From a virus (taxonomy: Duplodnaviria > Caudoviricetes), in the IMG/VR virus record IMGVR_UViG_3300027859_000052, positions 1 through 32,865 of that record: a DNA stretch of 32,865 nt. One strand, written 5' to 3'. Each line of letters begins with the position of its first letter. The stretch's first letter is position 1. The translations under genes and the position numbers were made by a program. Of this stretch, positions 26,888 to 32,865 are shown piece after piece. The notes beneath the pieces are model-generated. The model saw only the letters and a list, made by a program, of their open reading frames with translations. It did not search any database and was not told the origin of the DNA.

Positions 26888-28042
26888 ATGCCTACTACTT
26901 ACGACAGCAACTTCCATCTTGACAACATAGTTGAGAAATATGGTAAGAAACTTGATGCTGATATGGTAAAGGCATACTGTAATACTCATCCAATTGGGTA
27001 TCAGACCATTACCAAATTCCTCAACAAGTACAAGACAAAACGTGGTCATTGGAATGTGACAGTCAAGCAAGCAAAACAGCAACTTGAACAGTCATACGTT
27101 GCACCATCCGCACCTGTACAACCAGTTACAGTTCCTACTCAATCAAAGGTTGGTCTTGGTAAGACTAGCATAGATGTAGAGAATCTTATACCAGAGGTTG
27201 ACCCAACATTTGTTAGGTTCGGTCAGTTCCCTGATCTCAAGAAGGTCATAGCATCTAATCTATTCTACCCTATATTCATTACTGGTATGTCTGGTAACGG
27301 TAAGACATTCGGTGTTGAGCAAGCATGTGCAGCAACAGGTAGAGAACTAATCAGAGTCAACATCACAGTTGAGACTGATGAAGATGACTTGATCGGTGGT
27401 TTCAGACTGGTCAATGGCGAGACTGTATGGCACAATGGTGCAGTCATCGAAGCACTAGAGCGTGGTGCTATCTTACTACTTGATGAGATTGACTTGGCAA
27501 GTAACAAGATCATGTGTCTACAGTCCATACTAGAGGGCAAGGGTGTGTTTCTCAAGAAGATCGGAGAGTACATCAAACCCAAGCATGGTTTCAACATCAT
27601 TGCAACCGCTAACACTAAGGGTAAAGGTTCTGATGATGGACGTTTCATTGGTACTAACGTATTAAATGAAGCGTTCCTAGAGCGTTTCCCAGTCACATTT
27701 GAGCAAGAGTATCCTACTGTCAAGACAGAGATCAAGATACTCACAGCACTATCAGAGTCACTCAAGATACCTATGATAGGAGAGCATGAGACATTCATCA
27801 AGCACCTATGTGACTGGTCAGACATAGTTCGCAGAACATTCAAAGAGGGTGGTGTTGATGAGATTATCTCAACCAGAAGACTCACACACATAATTAGAGC
27901 GTACTCTATCTTTGGTAACAAAGAGAAAGCAGTTCAGATATGTCTCAATAGATTTGATGATGAGACTAAAGAGTCATTCTGGTCACTCTATACTAAGTTA
28001 GATGATACTGTACAACCCGATACAGAAGAGAACCCTACATAA
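26888..28042 (+). CDS. cobS: MoxR-family AAA+ ATPase (cyanophage CobS-like)
   Basis: Walker A GMSGNGKT, Walker B LLLDEID, TANTKG, NEAFLERF and STRRL. The start is moved to the ATG at 26888 because the track start lies inside the promoter. Confidence 0.9.
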   Translation: MPTTYDSNFHLDNIVEKYGKKLDADMVKAYCNTHPIGYQTITKFLNKYKTKRGHWNVTVKQAKQQLEQSYVAPSAPVQPVTVPTQSKVGLGKTSIDVENLIPEVDPTFVRFGQFPDLKKVIASNLFYPIFITGMSGNGKTFGVEQACAATGRELIRVNITVETDEDDLIGGFRLVNGETVWHNGAVIEALERGAILLLDEIDLASNKIMCLQSILEGKGVFLKKIGEYIKPKHGFNIIATANTKGKGSDDGRFIGTNVLNEAFLERFPVTFEQEYPTVKTEIKILTALSESLKIPMIGEHETFIKHLCDWSDIVRRTFKEGGVDEIISTRRLTHIIRAYSIFGNKEKAVQICLNRFDDETKESFWSLYTKLDDTVQPDTEENPT

Positions 28043-28045
28043 TGT

Positions 28046-28168
28046 ATGGATGACATAGAGTTTATACCAGAAGAGGGGTTGGACATTCAATTCATACCCT
28101 CTGATGACCCTAGACAAGGGATGTCAGAGCAAGAGTGGGAAGCACTACTCGCAATATTTGAATCCTAA
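28046..28168 (+). CDS. Small acidic hypothetical protein (40 aa)
   Basis: MDDIEFIPEEGLDIQFIPSDDPRQGMSEQEWEALLAIFES, translated by hand. It fills the gap between cobS and a terminator. Confidence 0.6.
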   Translation: MDDIEFIPEEGLDIQFIPSDDPRQGMSEQEWEALLAIFES

Positions 28169-28184
28169 TCCAAAATAATTTTCT

Positions 28185-28218
28185 AACCTATCGGTCATAG
28201 TACTGGTAGGTTTTTTAT
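28185..28218 (+). terminator. Intrinsic terminator
   Basis: ACCTATCGGT-CATAGT-ACTGGTAGGT stem (two G-U pairs) followed by a T-tract. Confidence 0.75.
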
Positions 28219-28222
28219 TGTT

Positions 28223-28240
28223 TATGTAAAGTTATGTTAC
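28223..28240 (-). promoter_or_regulatory. Candidate HLR1 (RpaB-binding) direct repeat
   Basis: The minus strand reads GTAACATA-AC-TTTACATA, one mismatch from (G/T)TTACA(T/A)(T/A)-N2-(G/T)TTACA(T/A)(T/A). Confidence 0.55.
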
Positions 28241-28257
28241 AGTCTCAACACATATCA

Positions 28258-28286
28258 TAGACAGGTAATAATCCAACCTTTATAAT
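28258..28286 (+). promoter_or_regulatory. Strong sigma70-type promoter
   Basis: TAGACA-17 nt-TATAAT. Confidence 0.8.
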
Positions 28287-28347
28287 AAGTGCATGGGGAA
28301 GTTTGATTGCTTACCCCATACGTCCAATTATTACATCATTCAAATTT

Positions 28348-28563
28348 ATGAAGATCAACAATTCATCTGCTATTGCAAACGTAGACTTCTCAGACAACAA
28401 TAAAGTGTTAGTTCAGTTCACAACTAACGACACACCTTATGAGTTCATTGCAAAAGATTCATCTTCTGTAAGATCAGGTCTTGAGTCTGCACTAAACAAA
28501 GGCGATTCAGTTGGTAGACTAATTGCTTCCTATAGAGCAAGTGGCGAATTGACAGCAGTATAA
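28348..28563 (+). CDS. KTSC-domain-like small protein (71 aa)
   Basis: SSAIANVDFSDNNKVLVQFTTNDTPYEF...DSVGRLI follows the KTSC pattern (SS.I..V.Y...L.V.F...Y.Y...S.G...). Likely start is the ATG at 28348. Confidence 0.55.
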   Translation: MKINNSSAIANVDFSDNNKVLVQFTTNDTPYEFIAKDSSSVRSGLESALNKGDSVGRLIASYRASGELTAV

Positions 28564-28583
28564 TCCTACTGCTACAAAATTTC

Positions 28584-28610
28584 AACCCACACACAAGTGT
28601 GGGTTTTTTT
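28584..28610 (+). terminator. Intrinsic terminator
   Basis: AACCCACAC-ACAA-GTGTGGGTT perfect stem followed by a T-run. Confidence 0.85.
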
Positions 28611-28627
28611 ATTCCTAATTGAGTTAC

Positions 28628-28906
28628 ATGACTAACACAACCATTGAGTTGATGAGCGAACTGGACGAATCAGTTCAAAGAGTCAAAGAACTCAACAGAA
28701 TCATCAACAGACTACAGTCCGCTATCATTTGTGAGAGTGATGAATTAGAGGACTTGATAGAACTCACAAGAACCTATGCAAACTATAGTATAAGAGACTT
28801 GGAGAGTTCCTATCTACACACATTTAATACTATTATCAAACAAAATGATAAAGTAATTCCGTTTCCTATCAAGAAACGATTTGTACACACAGACGAGGAC
28901 TCATAA
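28628..28906 (+). CDS. Hypothetical coiled-coil protein
   Basis: Likely start is the ATG at 28628; heptad-like helix ELDESVQRVKELNRIINRLQS. Confidence 0.65.
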   Translation: MTNTTIELMSELDESVQRVKELNRIINRLQSAIICESDELEDLIELTRTYANYSIRDLESSYLHTFNTIIKQNDKVIPFPIKKRFVHTDEDS

Positions 28907-28907
28907 C

Positions 28908-29159
28908 ATGTTTAGTGGAATAGCACAACTATGGGAAGCAGTTGACTGGCAAGATGTTCCCATATTCTTTATTTGCCTGTTCGGTCTATACTGGGGCAAG
29001 AACTGGATTGACCTTAGATTTGCTCGTAAGAAAGCACAAATAGTACATAGAGTCAAGATAGTGGGAGATTCCCATATCAACATAGACCATGCACACATAG
29101 ATGAGATAGAGCATAATCATGTTGAAGGAGACGTAAACACTCACAATAAGACATGGTAA
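28908..29159 (+). CDS. Small membrane protein with a His-rich tail
   Basis: TM segment VPIFFICLFGLYW, basic stretch, then SHINIDHAHIDEIEHNHVEGDVNTH. Confidence 0.65.
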   Translation: MFSGIAQLWEAVDWQDVPIFFICLFGLYWGKNWIDLRFARKKAQIVHRVKIVGDSHINIDHAHIDEIEHNHVEGDVNTHNKTW

Positions 29160-29160
29160 C

Positions 29161-29799
29161 ATGACATCTATCACAACTATAGAACATCCCACGTTAGGCA
29201 ATCTCTCAGCAATAGATTTTCATGTGTCACAATTATCTCTTCTCTTACATGAGAAGGGATTACTACTTGGTCACACTAATATCTTTGATAAGACAAAGAT
29301 AAGGGAAGTATTAGTTGCTGAGAAGTTGGGTCATATTGTTCATGATAAAGTCATAGCAGGTAAGGGAACTATCAACTATGGTTCTGATGCTACTGACGCT
29401 AATGGTAAGAAGGCAGAGTATAAGTCACAGACACTAAGGTCTAAAGACTTACGAAATCTATTTCAAGAGATCAGATACCCTAAAACTGGACAGAGATATG
29501 CACCATTACGAATCAAAGGTGTATATAATGGATTCAATTCCAACTATGAGTCAGCATCCGTTCAGTATGCCAAAGTAGATCATTACTACTCACTATTCTG
29601 GAAGGAAAACGTAGTAGCAGTATATCACATTGACACAGACTATGTGATGAACACACTCATTGACAATTACAACCACTGGAATAATAAAGGAAGACATGGA
29701 ACATCTAATTGCAATACAGTCCAAATTCAATTAGAATTACAGTCAGACTATTATACAGTAAAATACATTGACGAGAGGTTTTTCAATGAAAAGAAATAG
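29161..29799 (+). CDS. Putative type II restriction endonuclease, PvuII-like PD-(D/E)xK nuclease
   Basis: GSDATDANGKKAEYKS parallels the PvuII catalytic segment GNDAVDNAGQEYELKS (recalled). It overlaps a DNA methyltransferase gene. Confidence 0.65.
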   Translation: MTSITTIEHPTLGNLSAIDFHVSQLSLLLHEKGLLLGHTNIFDKTKIREVLVAEKLGHIVHDKVIAGKGTINYGSDATDANGKKAEYKSQTLRSKDLRNLFQEIRYPKTGQRYAPLRIKGVYNGFNSNYESASVQYAKVDHYYSLFWKENVVAVYHIDTDYVMNTLIDNYNHWNNKGRHGTSNCNTVQIQLELQSDYYTVKYIDERFFNEKK

Positions 29800-30553
29800 T
29801 ATTACTAACAAGGACTGTCTCAAGTATTTGAAGACTATACCAGACAATTCTGTTGATCTCATTCTTACCGACCCACCTTACTTTATTGGATTTGATGGCG
29901 GTAAGGGATGGGATAGCAAGTGGAAGAATGATAGAGAGTACATTCAATGGTGCATATCATGGACTAAAGAGTGTATCAGGGTACTCAAGGATGAGCGTAT
30001 GCTTGTTGTATGGGGTACTCTGAAGACTGAAGCGTTCTTACTCTATAAACTAGCATTGAATCGTATGCAACCACTTGTATCACAGAATGAGATCATATGG
30101 TCATACAATTGGGGCGGTAGATCTAAGGATAACTTTGCTCGTAAGCATGAGTACGCATGGTGCTATTCAAAGGGTAAGAAGTTCCTATTTAATGGGGATG
30201 ATGTGAGAGTTGATAGGAAAGTATCTAAGAACATGAGAACAGGTCAGGACTATACTAAGGGTACTATACCAACCTGTATATGGGAGAAGAACAACCACAC
30301 TACGTCAGTTGATTATTGTGGTTGGCATCCTACCACAAAGAATATAGAAATCCTAGAGCGTATTATCAGAGCGTACAGCAATGAGAATGACTTGGTTCTG
30401 GACATATTCATGGGTTCTGGTTCTACCGCTATTGCTTGTAAACTATCCAATAGAGATTATATTGGATGTGAACTAGACAGCGATTACATCACAAAAGCAA
30501 GGAAAAGGATAAAATCTTACGATAGAATAAACACACTATCAGCAATACTCTAA
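29786..30553 (+). CDS. Beta-class amino DNA methyltransferase (DPPY; probably N6-adenine)
   Basis: LILTDPPY (motif IV) precedes HPTTK and VLDIFMGSGST (motif I). Likely start is the ATG at 29786. Confidence 0.92.
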   Translation: MKRNSITNKDCLKYLKTIPDNSVDLILTDPPYFIGFDGGKGWDSKWKNDREYIQWCISWTKECIRVLKDERMLVVWGTLKTEAFLLYKLALNRMQPLVSQNEIIWSYNWGGRSKDNFARKHEYAWCYSKGKKFLFNGDDVRVDRKVSKNMRTGQDYTKGTIPTCIWEKNNHTTSVDYCGWHPTTKNIEILERIIRAYSNENDLVLDIFMGSGSTAIACKLSNRDYIGCELDSDYITKARKRIKSYDRINTLSAIL

Positions 30554-31512
30554 TGAGAGACACAATCTTATATGGAGACTGTCGTGAAACACTCAAGAAT
30601 GTAACAAATTCAAGTGTTCAGATGTGTGTTACATCCCCACCATACTACGGATTACGAGATTATGGAGGAGAAGAGAAACAAATAGGTCAAGAACAGACAC
30701 CAGAAGAGTTTATTGAACAACTGGTGTCAGTATTCAGAGAAGTCAAGAGAACTCTCAAGGATGATGGTACATTATGGGTCAACATAGGAGACTCATACTA
30801 TAATTACAGACCTAGTAAGGGTAAGTCATATCCTAAACAGACTGTTAGTAAGACTAAGCAAGACTTACCTGATTATAGTAGCAAGAGAAACAACAAGTTG
30901 CCGAACTATAAGGAAAAGGATTTGATAGGCATACCATTTATGCTTGCCTTTGCACTACGAGCAGACGGATGGTATCTCAGACAAGATATTATATGGCATA
31001 AACCTAATCCAATGCCAGAGTCAGTAAAGGATAGATGTACTAAATCACATGAGTATATCTTTTTATTATCAAAGAACAAGAAGTATTACTATGACAATGA
31101 AGCAATCAAAGAACCAGTCAAACAGGACTGGGGGACAAGAAACCGCACAAATGGTAAGTACCATAATTCTGGTAGTGGGTTACATCCTCATAGTGGTCTT
31201 ACCAAGTCTTATGACAGGAAAAATAAACGTGATGTTTGGTCAGTAACAAATAAACCATACAAACATGCTCACTTTGCCACGTTTCCACCTGACTTGATAG
31301 AACCACCGATTTTAGCGGGTAGTCGTAAGGGAGATATAGTTCTAGACCCATTCATGGGGTCAGGAACTACCGCTATGGTAGCAAAACAACATGGAAGATA
31401 CTATATCGGTTGTGAATTACATGAAGACTATGGAGACCTGATACAAGGACGTATGCCAGATGAGATATTGGCACAAGATGTACAAAACCCATTGACAGAC
31501 ATGTTATACTAA
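30553..31512 (+). CDS. Beta-class DNA methyltransferase (SPPY; probably N4-cytosine)
   Basis: VTSPPYYGLRDY, WHKPNPMPESVKDR, HFATFP and VLDPFMGSGTT; TAATG coupling to the upstream gene. Confidence 0.92.
   Translation: MRDTILYGDCRETLKNVTNSSVQMCVTSPPYYGLRDYGGEEKQIGQEQTPEEFIEQLVSVFREVKRTLKDDGTLWVNIGDSYYNYRPSKGKSYPKQTVSKTKQDLPDYSSKRNNKLPNYKEKDLIGIPFMLAFALRADGWYLRQDIIWHKPNPMPESVKDRCTKSHEYIFLLSKNKKYYYDNEAIKEPVKQDWGTRNRTNGKYHNSGSGLHPHSGLTKSYDRKNKRDVWSVTNKPYKHAHFATFPPDLIEPPILAGSRKGDIVLDPFMGSGTTAMVAKQHGRYYIGCELHEDYGDLIQGRMPDEILAQDVQNPLTDMLY
31454..31510 (+). promoter_or_regulatory. Early promoter embedded in the MTase 3' end
   Basis: TGCCA-N10-TGGCAC, 31 nt upstream of an extended -10 (TGn TATACT, 31505-31510). 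Confidence 0.65.
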
Positions 31513-31534
31513 AGCATACCCAATTACAGGACAA

Positions 31535-31720
31535 ATGCCTAACGAACCACAATTGCCTGATTTCGTTGACAGTAACAAGTTAATTACCGTCAATACAGAA
31601 TGGCACTCAGTTGAGATTCCACAGGGAGAAATGTCTAAAGTGATTGACTTCTGTAAAGAGAACCACATCACTAAAGACTACTACATGTGGGAGTTCATGA
31701 CATGGGAGCATGAAGAGTGA
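31535..31720 (+). CDS. Small early hypothetical protein (61 aa)
   Basis: AGGA ribosome-binding site; directly downstream of the promoter. Confidence 0.7.
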   Translation: MPNEPQLPDFVDSNKLITVNTEWHSVEIPQGEMSKVIDFCKENHITKDYYMWEFMTWEHEE

Positions 31721-31884
31721 AGACAATCACTCTAAATCTATCAGATGCACAAATCAATAAAATTGAGTGCGTCTTTGACAGTCTAATGTTAGACTTACAC
31801 AATCAAGACCAATTCGATCAAGAGTTGGACACATTCTATAATGATCTATTAGATCAAGTTTATCAAGAGGACACTAACCAATGA
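31717..31884 (+). CDS. Small hypothetical protein (55 aa)
   Basis: GTG start overlapping the previous stop (GTGA); MKTITLNLSDAQINKIECVFDSLMLDL..., translated by hand. Confidence 0.6.
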   Translation: MKTITLNLSDAQINKIECVFDSLMLDLHNQDQFDQELDTFYNDLLDQVYQEDTNQ

Positions 31885-32042
31885 GAAACTTCAAAGTATC
31901 AGCAATTATTGAAGGTTACAGGTTCGAGGACTACTTCATGGCAGCAAGTGAGCATCATGCTATCAAGTTGTTGGAAGCAAAGTACCCAACTGCAATAAAT
32001 GCCTATGCTATCCTACAAGAACAAAACTTCATTCAAGAGTAA
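31881..32042 (+). CDS. Small hypothetical protein (53 aa)
   Basis: ATGA overlap and GAGG ribosome-binding site; MRNFKVSAIIEGYRFEDYFMAASEHHAIKLLEAKYP... Confidence 0.65.
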   Translation: MRNFKVSAIIEGYRFEDYFMAASEHHAIKLLEAKYPTAINAYAILQEQNFIQE

Positions 32043-32182
32043 TGGAATACAAATTTACCACACCTTATGAGAGGTTTCAAGAGTGGTTGAATCAATGCCC
32101 TGTTGAAATAACAGACTACGTTGATTATACAGATCAGTTTGACGTTACGTTTAGCGTACCACTAGAAGAAGTAGACAGTTGA
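32042..32182 (+). CDS. Small hypothetical protein (46 aa)
   Basis: TAATG coupling; MEYKFTTPYERFQEWLNQCPVEITDY... Confidence 0.65.
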   Translation: MEYKFTTPYERFQEWLNQCPVEITDYVDYTDQFDVTFSVPLEEVDS

Positions 32183-32228
32183 GAGACTGTCTATTTTTTT
32201 GTCTATTTCCATTTACATGGATTACAAT
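32172..32228 (+). promoter_or_regulatory. Early promoter block that also forms a terminator-like hairpin
   Basis: TAGACAGTT-GAGA-GACTGTCTA followed by TTTTTTT; the -10 TACAAT lies at 32223-32228. Confidence 0.65.
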
Positions 32229-32250
32229 TAGATCAGTTACACAAACAAAC

Positions 32251-32379
32251 ATGTATGTTATCTACACTTCACCAATCCAAAGAACTCATGACTTTGATGA
32301 AGCATGTATTATTGCTGACGATTATTTCAACGCTACTGGTTACATTGTAGCAGTAGAAGAGGAAGGTCAAGCATCATGA
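32251..32379 (+). CDS. Small hypothetical protein (42 aa)
   Basis: The ATG at 32251 follows the promoter; the track start at 32179 lies in the regulatory element. Confidence 0.65.
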   Translation: MYVIYTSPIQRTHDFDEACIIADDYFNATGYIVAVEEEGQAS

Positions 32380-32576
32380 ATCAGTACACTATTGAAGGCA
32401 CTAAGACCTACACATACTATAAGACAGTCTTCGCAGAAAGCATCGTTGATGCTCACATCAAGGCACATGAAGAGAGTGAAGACCCAGATGATGACTGGAC
32501 TTGTCATGATGATGTTGACTATGATGACCCAATAGAGGTAGTAGTCAAGAACATCGAAGATGAGGGCGAAGTATGA
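32376..32576 (+). CDS. Small acidic hypothetical protein (66 aa)
   Basis: ATGA overlap; YTIEG...YKTVFAESIVDAHIKA pattern common in small phage ORFs. Confidence 0.7.
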   Translation: MNQYTIEGTKTYTYYKTVFAESIVDAHIKAHEESEDPDDDWTCHDDVDYDDPIEVVVKNIEDEGEV

Positions 32577-32800
32577 CTAGAGATTATCGACCAGAGGGAG
32601 TGAAATACACTTACCCTGATGATGACCCTTATCAAGAGGGTAAAGAAGTCTACTACAACATGAGTGAATTTCTCAATGATCTAGAAATACAACAAATTTG
32701 GGAAATTGTTGGTAAGGCATGTGACAGAGAAAATATTGTCACAACTGGCGATCAAGAACTGTCAGTTCGGGTCTATGATGAATTGAGTGATGAGGACTAA
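32573..32800 (+). CDS. Small acidic hypothetical protein (75 aa)
   Basis: ATGA overlap and GAGG ribosome-binding site. Confidence 0.7.
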   Translation: MTRDYRPEGVKYTYPDDDPYQEGKEVYYNMSEFLNDLEIQQIWEIVGKACDRENIVTTGDQELSVRVYDELSDED

Positions 32801-32803
32801 CTC

Positions 32804-32865
32804 ATGAAACAAGTAAACTTCACAAATGATGAACTACATGCCTTTAGTGAGCATGTCACATGGTG
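32804..32865 (+). CDS. 5' end of a hypothetical protein (truncated by the window edge)
   Basis: GAGGA ribosome-binding site, then ATG AAA CAA GTA..., open to the window end. Confidence 0.5.
   Translation, partial: MKQVNFTNDELHAFSEHVTW

Noticed and set aside
27265-27921. 218 aa antisense ORF inside the AAA+ gene
   Set aside because: It is fully nested opposite a conserved gene and has no motif or expression signal.
26888-28042. cobS as a cobalamin-synthesis AMG
   Set aside because: No cobN or other cob genes are present and the partner carries a HExxH domain; the motifs support only a MoxR-type AAA+ ATPase.
28226-28240. Possible NtcA box (GTA...TAC)
   Set aside because: The spacing is GTA-N9-TAC, not N8; the HLR1 direct repeat fits better.
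28170-28347. tRNA or known riboswitch/ncRNA in the largest intergenic gap
   Set aside because: No cloverleaf or recognisable family was seen; the terminator, HLR1-like site, promoter and leader hairpin explain the gap. An Rfam/Infernal scan would be decisive.
31492-31510. TTGACA...TATACT as a canonical -35/-10 pair
   Set aside because: The spacer is only 7 nt. The -10 is better explained as an extended -10 with the upstream palindromic block.
1-32865. Impression that CCGG and GGCC are under-represented (restriction-site avoidance)
   Set aside because: I could not count these reliably by eye. A Markov-corrected k-mer count is needed before any claim.

Overview
This window is part of a lytic T4-like marine cyanomyophage genome. 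A Prochlorococcus-type host is inferred from the low GC content and the cp12 gene. Bases 1-5546 are baseplate/hub genes (gp27-like, split gp5) with cp12 wedged between them, followed by a two-gene sigma70-type insert. Bases 6166-19138 are a late tail-fibre block, with T4 late promoters (TATAAATA) that mostly overlap the upstream stop codons. Bases 19161-24133 are an AT-rich accessory sugar island. It holds a putative GT-B glycosyltransferase facing a reverse-strand operon: two sulfotransferase-like paralogs, a divergent KdsB-like cytidylyltransferase, a GmhA-like SIS/HAD phosphatase fusion and an SGNH protein. From 24171 onward is an early region with a HExxH-vWA protein and MoxR/CobS-like AAA+ pair, a monocistronic KTSC-like gene with a candidate RpaB (HLR1) site, a PvuII-like endonuclease followed by two beta-class DNA methyltransferases, and small ORFs. 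Four early promoters share a TG(A/C)CA-N10-TG(G/T)CA block. The best candidates for an undescribed system are the CMP-sugar glycosylation island beside the tail fibres and the phage-borne PvuII-like restriction-modification module. All family assignments come from motif recognition by eye, and no searches were run.
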